Assembly (NCBI GenBank): GCA_951406725.2
Contig: OX597832.1
Span: 2,728,001 to 2,792,000 of the forward strand
Source: Octopus vulgaris
Lineage: Eukaryota
DNA length: 64,000 bases
Direction of reading: 5' to 3'
The notes under the pieces were generated by a model, which did not search any database, was not told where the DNA came from, and worked only from the letters and a program-made list of their open reading frames with translations. Shown piece after piece: positions 40,464 through 54,046 of this stretch (the first letter of the stretch is position 1; every line of letters begins with the position of its first letter). A program made the translations under genes and the position numbers.

Positions 40464-40559
40464 CAGATAGTTTTGGCTGACGAGCTACAAATGGATTTTT
40501 TTGTAAGTAAAATTACATTTAATTCATTAATAGCGAAACAATTGTCCCAAAATAATCTG
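40464..40559 (+). ncRNA. Type I hammerhead ribozyme (Penelope-type), core intact
   Basis: Helix I TTTTGG/CCAAAA (extended by CAGAT/ATCTG), core CTGACGA (40477-40483), helix II GCTA/TAGC, GAAA (40535-40538), palindromic helix III ACAATTGT and cleavage triplet GTC (40544-40546). Confidence 0.8.
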
Positions 40560-40752
40560 TATTTTTGTTATTTTTTATTTGCCCTGTCCGTGTGAGCTAA
40601 CAATCGTACTGACTTTCATGGGAAACATGTATTTTCGTGGTTGAAACCTTTTGGATTAACTGGTGCTAGAGTGAGCCATATAGTGACCACTCTCTTATAT
40701 TTATTTTATATTTATATATATATATTTATATATATATATTTATATATATATA

Positions 40753-40869
<117 letters not shown>

Positions 40870-41543
40870 TAATCCAAACAGGAAAACAGAAAAAAACAAC
40901 AACACGTGGAACAATTAAAGTATTATTATTGGCGCTCAGGAAAGAGGGAAGAAGGAGGGTATATATATATATACGTGGGTGTATAGTATTGTTTTAATTA
41001 TATCTTTATATATGCACATACACACATAAAAAAAACAGACATACCGTCAGTGACGACAATCACAAGTATCCAAAACTTCTTCACCACTCTTCCAACTTCA
41101 TTTTTCCTCTTTAAAAGAAGGCTTTCGTCTGCTCGGACTATATGTTGTACTACTGCACGACTGTTTGTCTGCTAATATTGCTGATGGACATGCAGCATCT
41201 CACTAGCATTTCACATATAAAGTCCAGGATTATGGGGAAAAAGTGTGAAGACTGTCAATCGACTTTCTTCCATAAAAGTATTAAGAAATTATTTGGAAAT
41301 TATAAAGAGAAACGAATGGTAGATTCGGACTTTCCGTATTTTAAAACCACAAAAAAAAAATGTGGCGGGTGGGAGATTTTTGTTGTTGTTGCAATCTCAT
41401 ATCAATTCCATTATGCAGAAGACAGAATCAAAAAAAATTTGTAAAAATTCATAAAAATGCAAAAGTTATGAGGGGTTTTAGCACGTGCTTACATCATAAT
41501 TCCGTCCATTCATATATATTTATACCTATAATGAAACTCCCCA

Positions 41544-41589
<46 letters not shown>

Positions 41590-41593
<4 letters not shown>

Positions 41594-44536
41594 ACGGTCG
41601 AAATTAATTAGTGGAAGTTACCAATTGTAACCGGAGAAATTGATTAATAAACAATGTTATGTGATGATGTTGGTGTCTGCAGTAACGATCAAAAGTTATT
41701 GTTATTATAGCTGCATGTTGTAAGACGTGAAAGATGCACAATGTACGAGGGGCGTTCAATAAGTAATGCCCCTGACCCACTTCCCATAGCAGTAGAGCAA
41801 CGAAACTTGGCACAGTTATTAGTCTTTTTCTACATAGGAACCACCCAGAGTTACGCATTTCTCCCATCGTTTGATGCAGCGCTGGAGACCGTTTTTGTAG
41901 AAGACCCCAGCTTGGTCCTCCAACCACGACGTGACTTCAGAAATCAAGGCTGCATCATCTGGGAAACGCTTTCCTTTCAAAAACTTCATGGCTGGGAAGA
42001 GGTGAAAATCAGAGGGTGCAAGGTCAGGAGAGTAGGGGATGGGGGAGCAGTTCATAGCCGCACGCCTGTGCTTCTGATCTGGCGACACGCGAGTTGCGGA
42101 CCGGAGCGTTGTCCTGCAGGAGGAGGATGCCTTTGCTGATCTTGCCCCGCCTCTTGATTTTGATAGCTTCTCTTAATTTCCTCAAAAGTGAAGCATAATA
42201 GGCTCCTGTAATTGTGGTACCCTTTGCCAGGAAATCTGTCATCACTACTCCGTCCTGGTCCCAGAAGACTGAGCATGACCTTACCAGCGGAGGGCTGCAC
42301 CCTTGCCTTCTTTGGAGGGGGTGAGTCACGGTGCTTCCACTGCATTGACTGGGCTTTGGTCTCTGGATCATAGTGATAGACCCAGGTTTCATCCTGTGTA
42401 ATCAGTCTTTTGAAAAATTTTGACTCATCTTCTGGGCACATCTCCAAATTCATCCTCGAGCACTCGACGCGTTCTTGCTTCTGGAAAGGTGTGAGCAACC
42501 TGGGAATCCATCTGGCAGACACCTTTTGCATATGCAAATGGTCATGAATGATAGTTTCCACAGACCCGGTACTAATCTTGACCTCATGGGCTATTTGGCG
42601 AATAGTTATGCGTCGATCTTCCAAAATGGCAGCCTCAACTTGACGGACAGATGCCTCATCGATGGCTGAAGGGGGGCGACCAGATCTGGGAGCTGTTTCC
42701 ACAGAGTTCCGACCATGTTTGAATTCACGATGCCAGCGTTTTACAAGGTCATATGATGGGGCATCATCACCATAAGTTACTTTCATTTCATCAAAAGTCT
42801 CCCGTGCTGTGCATCCTTTCAAATACAAAACCGGATCACTGCTCGACACTCAACAGGCTCCATTTCACACTTGACTCAGTTCAAACACCTGTAAATCAGA
42901 AACCACAATTAGTTTAGAACTGTAATTTGCCACTTAATCTATAGAGATATAAATAATTGCACATGCAAAATTTCAGCTAGATCAAACAACTGCAAGTTGG
43001 TCAGAGGCATTACTTATTGAACGTCCCTCGTATAAAGTTTTAAGGAAATATTTATTTACCGTTACGTTACAAATACCTTGCCTCGACGGGCAGGTTATAA
43101 TAAATCCAAAAGCATGCGAAAGTTAGATGCGGTAGAATGTTTGAGTTGGGTTCTCTTCATTGTTTAGTAGTAATTGTGGAGACAGATAGAATGATGTTGT
43201 AAGAGAATAGAATTAGAGCTAGAGAGAATTATAGGGTGTTGTCTCACAGTTGCTTTCTCCCTCTGGTCAGGTTGATCAGCCTGACCTCGTTGAGTCGTCA
43301 CGATGTGACTGACTGAATTTTGCTTGGGATGTGCTTGCTTATATTAAGATCCAGAAGGATAGATATATCATTGAGAACAATAGATTTAGTTGGTGGTCTT
43401 GTTATCTATTCTAGCTTTTGGTGAAGTAGAAGAGGTTAGAAAGGGTCAAGTGGTGAAGACATTATTTTGGCCTAGCTAAAGGCATCTGGAAAATGTAAAA
43501 CTGCGGTCAGAGAAAAACTATTGTTCCACCGTGGGAAAAGTTCTGTAGCAGTGTTGATTTAAATTTGGCTATAGTGGATCGAATCCACTTCATGCATGCA
43601 AGATTCGCTACACACACTCCCCCGCAAGTGAGCTTCCTGGTAAGGAAACGAACGATCGAAGAAGAAAAAGAAATGCATGGTAAATGCCTTGGAATGTTTT
43701 TGAGCAGTGAAATGCGTCTGGTGCTGTTGTGGTTAATTGCTGAGATAGCAAGGACGACATTGTAAGCATGCTGGAGTGATGCGTGAGACAGATAATTTGC
43801 TTTGTTAATTACGTGACAAAACAGAGGTAAATTATGTCTTAACATGAGCGCAGAGCATGTGATCATCCGACGTGCTTCGAGTCGGGAGAAGAATTGAGCT
43901 GACGCAGAAGTATTGCAAACAAGGCAGTAGATGCATAAAATACAGTGTACAGTATTGAATATGCCAGTGATAAAAGCAGTAGGGCTGAAGCTATCAGCCG
44001 GTGCATGAGGTACTATATGCCTCGATCGTGCAGGAACAAAAATGCGGCATGCTGGCGCGTTGTGAAGGACAAACAAGTTTCTTTATGTTTGCGTGACCGA
44101 CCTAGGGTTTTAGAGATGAGTTGTGTCTACAAGGGCGCATGGAACATGAAAAGCAAGCGAGAAAGGTATGTGTGGTGCATGAATGCGACAGAGATAGCAT
44201 TTGTGTGCGTGTAGCAATGCGTGCGCAAGGTGTGTGCGTGTGTATATGCCACAATATAGTTTCAAAGTGATGGAGAAAAAGAAAAGAAAAAAGTACATGC
44301 AAAATATGAATAAAATTGAGAAGGCATGCAAACAAAAAAATTCACTCCCAAAAGCCAGTTTGAGCCAAAATTCTGACCACCATTCTTTATATATTTGCAC
44401 ACAAATACACACACACACAAACAGACACACATTCAACTTTTCGCTTTTATTCATGACTTTTTCCCCTTGGTAGCCTGTCACTATTCATCTGTTATTAGTT
44501 TTTGTTTTGGGGGTTTCACTTTAGCGACACGTTACA
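41590..44536. mobile_element. Possible solo LTR or LTR-derived segment containing the mariner insertion
   Basis: Termini TGTAACG...CGTTACA with tata/cata flanks. An alternative CGTTACA end lies near 43071. No coding evidence. Confidence 0.4.
41746..43030 (-). mobile_element. mariner (DD34D) element, full-length; transposase 41819-42863 with a few frameshifts
   Basis: TA-flanked TIRs cgaggggcgttcaataagtaatgcccctgacc / ggtcagaggcattacttattgaacgtccctcg. Motifs RSGRP, WIPRLL, TQDETW, QDNAP, YSPDLAPSDFHLF and GSYVEK. Confidence 0.95.
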
Positions 44537-44914
44537 CATAGTACCAGGAAAATGCTTGGTGTTGTCAAATTGGAAAAAAGTGATTTAAAAATTTTTGAAA
44601 ATTTGAAACAAAAAGGTATGGTTTTTTTAAAACTGACTATTGCAGAGATGTGAAAATATGGCTACTACTTGTTAATTTCAAATTAAACTTACCAAAGACG
44701 AGGGTTTTCTAGCACCCCCCTAGTCTCTTAATGCCGCCTAGTGCCCCCTTTGCTCCAAATGCCCCGTTGAGAACCTTTGATCTTCAGCCAACATTGCTTC
44801 AGCCAAGTTTATTGTTGTATATGGTTTCGACCTATAATACTTTGAACAGATTTACTTTTTTTGATAAGAATGCAAAAAAGAAAGAAAATTGGAAGTTAAA
44901 GGAGGTTCATTGTT

Positions 44915-45125
44915 TGAGCTGGCAAAAACGTCAGCACGCCGGGAGTAATGCTTAGCGGTATTTCGTCTGCCGTTACGTTCTGAGTTCAAATTCCGCCGAG
45001 GTCGACTTTGCCTTTTATCCTTTCGGGGTCGATAAATTAAGTACCAGTTGCGTACCGGGGTCGATCTAATCGACTGGCCCTCTCCCCCAAAATTTCGAAC
45101 CTTGTGCCTAAAGAAGAAAAGAATA
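44915..45125 (+). mobile_element. Meta-type tRNA SINE
   Basis: gagttcaaattcc B box followed by gactttgccttttatcctttcggggtcgataaattaagtaccag. Confidence 0.85.
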
Positions 45126-45299
45126 ACGAGTACTAAGAAAGGCGGCGAACTGGCAGAAACTTTAGCATGAGTACTGAGAAAGTTTGAGGTATGTGTTAAA
45201 ATGATTAAAACTTGAAATGTAAAAATTTACCCAAATGTAGCTAAATGCTAAAGCCCCTGTTGTAATTTATGCTAATTTCTAGGCTAAATTTTTTACAGC

Positions 45300-46121
45300 T
45301 GTAGCCTGGCAATTTCAGCCTTTTTTGGAATATGACCATAGCGATTGTTAATATCTTGACTGTGTGAAGGGCAAGGCAGAAATGATATCGTTTGAGGTTA
45401 CAACCATTTTTGGTCAACTCGTTCTTGTTCTAAACACTAACTTGATTGGCTGACACGTGACGCGAATTGTCTCGACTTATTTCGCGCCACTGTTTGACAT
45501 GTGACACGAGGGTCCCTACGAAGTCCGCGCCACTGATGGACACGTGACGCGAATTGTCTCGACTTATTTCGCGCCATAATTGCGAGTCAGCCAATCAAGA
45601 CTTTCGGTTAAAATTCCATTTTCTGGAGTTCGGTGAGCCAACCGAACAGTATATAAAGCAGGGTTTCACAGACACTTAGGTCTTGGGTTCCAGTTCTTTT
45701 AAGAACTAACTTAGGCCTCTGCTGCTCAACTTAGAGATATGCGATTGTCTCTGCTACTACCTGTTGCTACGCTAATCTATACAAACATTGAAAGCCTCTC
45801 GAGTAGATTCCAGCATCTTGCCCTATGAACAGTAAACTAAATGCCATTCTTAATTCTATGTTCAGTACCTTTGGGTATGCTTCACGCCACCCGAACACAC
45901 AGACACAAAACATGCTAACGCTTACGAACTCTTAGAATCCACATGATTGTAAAATATGTAAATAAATAATATTTATCTACCAACAGAAGACTTGTGTCAA
46001 TTCACTTATGTTCTATTATCGTTTGTATGTATTTTATGGCTTTGAATAATTCGTTAAGAGTAGAACCGCGTGCAATCGTATTTTTTACACGATACGACCA
46101 AGCGTGATCCTATTTCTTACA
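45300..46121 (+). mobile_element. Solo LTR
   Basis: TGTA...TACA termini, 4-bp TSD CAGC on both sides, TATA-like gtatataaa (~45649) and AATAAA (45961). Confidence 0.75.
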
Positions 46122-46219
46122 CAGCATTTACCGGTTTTTCTGCAATATTTTTCTGGCATTTTTATTCTAGTTGACACTTGTACAATAACAACAGTAGCAA
46201 CATCAACAACACTTACATA

Positions 46220-48174
46220 TGAGGTGGTATCAAAAAGTTCCCGGACTAGATATCTTTAATAAAGAATAACTTATTTACCTAAGTTTTAACATCCTCTCCT
46301 TCGAAATAGTTACTTGCGCAACAATACACCGGTCCCAGCTTTCCTGTTACTTTTGGAATCCGGTCTGGAAGCTGTTTTCCGCATGCGAATCGAGGACCTT
46401 CTGCAATTCACTCTGGATCTTGACAACGGTGTTAAAACGGCGACCTTTGAGCTGTATTTTCATCTTCGGGAAGAGATGGAAGCCCGTAAGTATTAAATCT
46501 GGCGAATAGAGTGGGTGAGGAAGCGATACCATGTTGTTCTTGGCAAGAAACTTATGATTGAGGAGAACTCGGTGACAGGGTGCATTGTTATCGTGAAGAA
46601 TCCAATTCTTCGCGCTCTACAGATCTAGTCACTTTCGCCGTATGTCCTCCCCCAAACTCTTCAAAACGTCACAGTAGAACTCTCAATTGACGGTCTGGGC
46701 CTGGGGGCCAAATTCTCGATGCACAATACCGTGGATGTTGAAAAAACAAACTGATGATCATGCTCTTGATTGTGCCTCCTTCGGTCGTGGAGATGAAAAC
46801 TGCTGCTTCGTCTCAGGGCCGTACCCGTAGACCCAACTCTAGTCACCGGTGATGATCCTCGACATGAAGGATGGATCATCAGCGGCACGTTCACGGAGAT
46901 CTTGACAGACTTCGACGCGATGTTCTTTCTGATTAGTAGTTAGCAAGCGGGGAGGGAGGTAAATTTGGTAGAGACACGCTACATGTTCAATTGAAACGTT
47001 AGGATTGCCTGCACGGACCCAAATGACAGACCAACAACATCAGCAATGTCGTGGATTGCCCTCTTGACGATCCTCATGCACAAGCTGATGAATTTCTCCA
47101 CATTTCCGGGGATGACTCTCATGATAGGTCTTCTAGATCTGTAGTGACTTCATCTGGGCATAGAGTAGATTCGAACCTGAATCGGCAAATTTCCCCTAAC
47201 ATTTCAATAGCATTTTTCTCACAGAAAAACGATAGTTGATAGGAGTTACATTCAACACATGGCTTTGCCAAGCCAATTTATGTCTCTTCCTCTTAAACTT
47301 TTAACCACTTCTATGCCATTAAAAGTTGAAATAGGTAAGGAGCGACCCACATTAATTTATCCATTGTTTAAACGATATATTTCTTTTTCTGGCTGGTCTG
47401 TATTCTTATAAATACAAGTTGGTGACCAGAGACGACCACAGACAGCCACTGGAGGCTGACGGTCAAACAATCAACCGCTATGATACAACTTACCTCTGCT
47501 CTCTCTCACTTTCACTAGCCCATCTTTTTCTTCTAACAAACATCACTCTGTCTTCCTTTTTCCTACTACTACACTGACAAGAACATGTACACACTTATAA
47601 AGGAAAAACTAACTCTCAATAATATTATACACGCCCGCCATCGTTTGTGACTATACATAAAGTAATGGTAAATAAAACTTAGAGTCAACATTCGATCACT
47701 GTTCTTTCTCTTCTTCAACATCACACCCGTTACATTTTGGTAACAACTACTTTGCACTTGGCTTCTCGACAAAGATTCGTTAATCGTAAAAAGATACATC
47801 CGACTCAAACATTTATCGTTACAAATCGCTCATCGTCTTCTAAGGACGTTCTTTCGTTTTTGAAGCACTTGTGCCATTCGAAACATTGCGTACGACCCTT
47901 TGTCTTGTCGCCGTAAGCTTGCTGAAGTATGCTCCCAAGTTTAACACAAAATTTCACGTTGGTTCTTTGTTCCTGTCCATGACAAAATCGCAGACTACAG
48001 TATACACCTGATCACAAAAATACAAATTTCACAACATGCGAAGTAAACACAGCGATGTCACTCGGCACACTGCCGCATGAAGATTACTGCTAGCTATTAC
48101 TGTGCATGCAACCGTGTGCTACCATCTGTTGACACGCTACTGAACTAATGCGGGAACATTTTGATACCACCTCG
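46220..48174 (-). mobile_element. mariner element, decayed, interrupted by a solo LTR
   Basis: TA-flanked TIRs gaggtggtatcaaaaagttcccg / cgggaacattttgataccacctc. Motifs LPHPLYSPDL...FHLFPKMK, ITGD*SW and SLEDDER. Confidence 0.85.
47140..47823 (+). mobile_element. Solo LTR nested in the mariner transposase
   Basis: TGTA...TACA termini, TSD GATC/AATC, tataaata (~47407) and AATAAA (~47671). Removing it restores the SLEDDERSRRP reading. Confidence 0.75.
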
Positions 48175-48899
48175 TATACGCGTTCTGCTATAGGAAAAAG
48201 AAAGGAAATGAAAGTAGTGTCAATGATATTGGTAATTTTGTGGGTGTAATTCAAATCTAGTCAAAAATGTCTAGCAGCAGTGTGTCACGAAAGGTCTCCT
48301 TGCCTGAGGAAATTATTCAAGAACGACCAAGAAAAATGGCATTCTCTTGCATTTTCGAAACTGAAGGACTATCCGTGTGTCTTCAAAAGAGTAACTTGAT
48401 GAAATCCTATGTAGGGTAACGTCGCCTCCAACACTGATATTCGGTTTTCCAGATGGAAGGCAAGCGCAAGATAGTCCGACGTAGATTTTCCCATAGACTC
48501 AGATCGCAATGAATATGTCAACACAGTACTGCATTAACAGTAACATCGACCTCCAAGTTCGTTGTCCCTGTTGTAATGCAATATGGGCAGGTCCTGAAAA
48601 CCATGGAGCCATTCCAGAACTGTGCTCTATCGTGGCTGCAGAAGCAAAAAGTAATTAACACTGGCGAGGCTGGGCTGAAATCCCAACTGTGGTTATAGGA
48701 AACCCACCTTGAAGGCTTTTTGCCAGATACACACATGAATACACACACACACACAAACACACTATTTATACACATACATACAGACGTGTGTAGATGTGTA
48801 TGTATAATTGTATGTGGATGTATTTAATTACAGATCTATAGCCTGCTCATTATAATATATTCATTGATGTATTCGTGTGTGTGTGTTTATGCATTTCCT

Positions 48900-49470
48900 A
48901 ATTTAGATGCAGGTTTATACAGGGATGACGGCCTTATAGTCACCTATAACGTGAACAAGTACGAATTCGATGGTTTTAGAAATAATCTTATTAAATTTTT
49001 TAAAGATTGGGTTTAAAAATTACAGTTGACACGAATCTTAGTAGTCTCAACTTAGATTTGAGAGCTAACACTTAAAACCATATCGCAAGCCTAATGAAAG
49101 GCCATTCTATATCAACCGGCCTGTATTCTTTAAAATATGATTAGCTATATTGGTAAGTGTATTCCTTCGTTGTCATTGAATGAGACAGTCTTTACCGATA
49201 CCTCCCCGTATTATAATGATGCGCTAGGCATTGGTGGAGTCTCAGAAGATCTCGTAAAACTAGACGTACAAAGGTTTTGAGGTATATTCCAGCATTTAGC
49301 ATAAGCGTTAGAACTAATGTAGGGAGAGAATTTTGAAACTTAGTATCTGGACATTTCCCAAGTGACTGTAAATATCACAGAATCAACAAAAGAACGCTAA
49401 AGATTAGCTATCCTTGTTGCAAGAACTTCGCCTCTTTTGTCAAGCAGTATAAAATTATCATTCTCGTTAA
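48900..49470 (+). mobile_element. Penelope-like retroelement RT fragment
   Basis: GLYRDDGL (~48913-48936), LKITVDTNL, KPYRKPNERPFYIN, NVGREF..LVSGHFP and TLKISY.C. Confidence 0.75.
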
Positions 49471-49489
49471 AACTAACAAATTGGTAGAT

Positions 49490-49908
49490 CAATGGTTCTC
49501 AACCACGGTGCATTGGCGATCCACATAAGATTTTGCTATTAACATTTATGTGCAATAAATTAGTTATACTTCTACAATACAAATATATGCACAATTCTCT
49601 TATACATTTCCTAATAGTATTTAATTATAAAGATATAATAGGACTTTTTAAAACATCTAATGTCTATGGGAGTCCAATAGAGTAAAATAAGAATCAAAGA
49701 GGGTCCTTAGGCAGGGCCGGCTTAAGGTACTGGCAACTCGGACAGTCGCCCGAGGCGCCATGTGCTAGGAGGCGCTAAAGAAGGCGTGACAAAGACAAGG
49801 AAATTTCCACGACCGTCAGCTTGTACACGCCAAAGTTCAGCTTGCCCGGGGCGCCAGCAACTCTAGGGCCAGCCCTATCCATAGGCAAAAAATGGTTGAG
49901 AACCACAA
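49490..49908. mobile_element. hAT-like MITE carrying a nested MITE
   Basis: Termini caatggttctcaacca / tggttgagaaccac. Confidence 0.65.
49712..49877. mobile_element. hAT (Tip100-like) MITE
   Basis: CAGGGCCGGC...GCCAGCCCTA termini with 8-bp TSD TCCTTAGG/TCCATAGG. Confidence 0.75.
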
Positions 49909-50065
49909 TGACAGATCATCACAGCCACCTTAAATTTTAAGACCACCTCTCCCCACATCAGACCTCGAAACCAGTCTTGCTCTATCTTGCAAAGTTTATC
50001 TAGGAATACCAGCATACAAACACGCATGCGTGCATGCACGCGCGAGTTCAATACACACACAAACA

Positions 50066-51163
50066 CTGTATATACTCGAGTACTAGTCGATCTCATGTAA
50101 AAGTCGACCCCCAATTTTTGGCCAAAAAATTGGGAATTTTCCATAGACGCCGTATAAAAGTCGACTGTAGTATTTCACGAACAACAGAACAACATTTGTG
50201 GGCCAAGGTACCGTATTATCCTGTACGTAGAAATAATACTGTTACAAAATCGTGTGGCTACTTTATTGTAACCTGCTCTATAGGTGGAATGCTAGGTGCT
50301 TAGAGTAAAACAACATTTAATAGCGTGTACTACACATCGGTTGATGGGTGCTACATTACCATTACTAAAATGTATGCACGGGATATGCTGCAAGCCTGCA
50401 TACATCTTGAAGCCCAATAAACATGCGTAATACCCTCGTTGTTTACATGGTGAGAAACGTGTTTCACAGACAGCACTGTCGTTTCGTACAAAGACATGAC
50501 TTTGATAAGCTTAAAAACATTCAATTAATCGCTAGATGAGTGGTTCCCATGCGACCTTTATATTTTCCTCATCTCCAAATACAATAAACACATGCGTCAG
50601 ACGCTCATCTGTTTACATGGTGAGAAACGTGTTTCACAGACAGCACTATCGGCGAACGACAGCAAACACCATTGCACGAAGTCGTACAGAGGCATGACTG
50701 CGGTAAACCTAAAAACTTTTAGTTAATCGCCAGATCAGTGGTTCCCAAACTTTTCAGCTGCGGAATCCTTCGACATTATTTTTAAAATCGTGGAACCCAT
50801 GATAACTTTCAGGGAACCCTGGAGTTTTGCAGAACACATTTTGGGAATCCCTGCTCCAGATTAACAACTCTACACCACATTATGGACATTTAGTATTAAC
50901 TGCACATGAAAGCTACGCGGTCTTGTTTATGGGTTTTGTTATTTATTAGGACGTGTGTTTTGATGCATAGAATTGGTAATATTGCTGTAATTCATTGTTT
51001 TTCTTCACTTGGAGATCAGTTGGGTTTCTGCTGCTGATACGGTTCTTCGGATTCTAGCTTAAATTTAAGCCCCTGAAAAGTAGTATTCATGTAATAGTCG
51101 ATCCCATAAATTTGACCTTAAAAAATGGTCCGAAAAATTCGACTTTTACACGAGTATATACGG
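50066..51163. mobile_element. Tc1/mariner-superfamily non-autonomous element with a nested hAT MITE (~50736-50854) and an internal duplication
   Basis: TIRs ctgtatatactcgagta..agtcga / tcgacttttacacgagtatatacgg. Duplicated block aataaacatgcg...tgtttacatggtgagaaacgtgtttcacagacagcact at ~50416 and ~50583. Confidence 0.7.
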
Positions 51164-52410
51164 TACTTACGCGCATGTAAGCATGCATTCTAAGTACTAA
51201 CAGTTAAGATGTTGCCAGGAGAGTGAGGGGGCCCACCCGCAACTACAAGGGGGCCCACCCACAACTACAATGCTATCATTTATTTATTTATATTTTTTGT
51301 TAAAAGTATTCTTTTCAACTGTCTTCAAACACAGCCAAGTTGAAATAATGCATTCTTCCAGAAGTGAATAAAAAATTCTCAAACTTGAGGGGATGGGCCC
51401 CTATATATGGATTCTAATGGCGCACTTGCCATCGGGCAAGCTGGCAACTTAGTCAGTCCGCCACTGGTAATAAGCCTAACCAGGAGTGATTCAAGTCTCT
51501 TTGAATGGACCTAGCGCTTAGTGGATTTTTTTCGCCCGAGTCTCTCAGAGTTAGAGGAAAGGCAAAGCCTGTATGTTTGTGGAAGAAAATTGGGTGCAGA
51601 ATATACAAAAAAAAAAAACAAACTAAGTCAACTATACTAGTATATTTGTAGGTGTGATGGATGGCTGTCAACACTTTGTTAGTTCATCCGTCCTTGTAGA
51701 TAGATATTAAATTTTGCTCGGTCAGGATGTCAATCCACTGTCCACACACACACAGTGAGACCGTTGAGTGCGGTTTAGTCGCCAACGGCCCGACTACGGG
51801 GAACATGCGGCACTGATTCACATGATTACTAATAGCAGATAATTCTGGATCTGATCTGATGTAGACAGACATTGAGGAAAAACAAGAATCTTAAATGACT
51901 TTCGGTAATCTCTGTTAAACTTACACTAAGGTCTGGCTCGAATCCAACATTGACTGTCTTGTAGAGATCTAATCCTATTGATCAATCAACAGATCGATCT
52001 AATGTTAGAGCGATAGACATGCATTCCCATACACGCACAGGCGCATTCATCAGTACACGCGCATTTCGTCCCATTTATGTGCGTGTGCGCAGTATGTGAG
52101 TATACAATTGTCTGTACGCTCACACACACTCAAGTATGTTTGTATGCGTGCCCGCTTGTGTGTGTGTGTGTATATATATATATATGAATGTTTATGTATG
52201 TATAAAGATATAAGTGTGTATATTAGAAGACTTACACAAAATATGTGTCACTAGAAATATTAAACGCTCTAAAAATCTGAGTAGCGACGGATTGAATCAT
52301 CAATTTCATAAGTGAACTCTATTACAGATTCGTAAATAAACTCAATTACGAATAAACTCTGTTATATGTGTATTGTGTACTCTTTGTCCCTTCTAAGCTT
52401 GAAACTACAC

Positions 52411-52490
<80 letters not shown>

Positions 52491-52519
52491 TCTGTGTGTG
52501 CATGAATCTATGCATGCAA

Positions 52520-52558
<39 letters not shown>

Positions 52559-52583
52559 TAGATATATACATACAAAGAGAACG

Positions 52584-52620
<37 letters not shown>

Positions 52621-53357
52621 TCAGAGAGAGAGAGAGAGAGGGGATGGAAATGTCGAGTGAAGAGAGCTAGAATATGGTGTTGCAGAGATTTAAAATATGA
52701 ATCTGCCAACCAAAACTTGCTTACTAGATATAAACAATTAAGAATAGCAATTAAGATGTATTATTTAAAGACAAGACGAATAAAACTAAATGGCAATAGC
52801 TTGATTATATAATTTAAACATATTTGTCTTGAGGAATGTTGCAGCTGTATCGGTTTAGAGTGGCAATAATGCGACGATAAGAATGTATCAGGATAAACAT
52901 CCATACCCACAACAGAAGCAACAATCGGAATATAGGTGCTGTTTTAGTAGTGACTCTAGTGAGATATCGTCGTTCACGGTTCCAAATGACAGCTACAATT
53001 GCACTATAACAAACAGTAAGAAAATACACACTCGCAGATTAAGGACTTTCTGTTGGTACTTTCATAAACATGCATCGCCAATTTAATGCATATACGTCAA
53101 CCACTTGCTCAGCATTCAACCCACCTTCAGCCTTTATGCCCTGCCGTTTGCATAACATAACCAAGTTCATATCATCATCGAAGTAGCTGCAGTTTCTCCC
53201 CCTTCTCCCTCTCTTACTCGATTTTATTGTAATAATACCCATTCAATGTCTCTTTTCTCTAATTCTTTTACTCTGTAGCCTTCTGTTCACCACCTTTTCC
53301 TTTTACTCTTTCATAATTGTTAGTTTCTCCCTCCCTCCTCTCCACGTTCGACGTCTT

Positions 53358-53417
<60 letters not shown>

Positions 53418-54018
53418 GCTCTCTCTCTCTCCTCTCCCTCACTCTCTTCTCTAAATGTATCTATTTATCATTCTACTGTTGTTGTGATCCCCCTCTCTTG
53501 CCTTTCCATTGAGTGAGAAAACAGCATACATTCACATGATCTTGGAAAAAAACAACAAGAGAAAAAAAGCGAAAACAAAAGTAAAAAACAAACAAACGAG
53601 TAACACTTGCAGGCAATTCAAAATCAACACGAGTGCTTTACCACTAAATTGAAACCATCAATTATTTTTCTTTTAGCTTTATGGATATATACACATTTGT
53701 ATAAATATTTCAGCAAAAACAGGAGGTCTATTAAGAACAGACACAAAAACACTACAAAAATATCAAGTGTTATTTATGAAAATTGTAAAAGGAAAAAGGG
53801 AAAATTTGTTATAACGACAACAATAACATCAATAGAGAAGGCAGAAAAGAAAGTAATATTTTCATTATTGATAAGCAGCCACATCACTAAAGAAAAAAAA
53901 ATAAAGAAAAAAGGAAGAAAAAGGCTCCAACTGTTTGTCTTGTGATTCCAAATTACACTGGGAACAGTAGCAGACAGAATTTGGAACGAGTGATTGACTT
54001 TTCTGAAAATATTTAAAG

Positions 54019-54046
54019 ATGCCAAGTTTGAAATATGATCCACAAG
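54019..54046 (+). CDS. Candidate first coding micro-exon (MPSLKYDPQ, phase-1 intron) of an unidentified host gene
   Basis: AAAG-ATG context and a consensus donor AAG|GTGAGT, preceded by non-repetitive CT-rich and A-rich sequence resembling a 5' UTR. No downstream exon identified. Confidence 0.3.

Noticed and set aside
43507-44076. 189-aa minus-strand ORF
   Set aside because: No recognisable motifs, a non-ATG start, and it lies in an LTR-like non-coding segment.
52814-53242. Two short minus-strand ORFs, one with a hydrophobic stretch
   Set aside because: No homology recognised and no convincing splice signals; the plus-strand 5' UTR reading is at least as plausible.
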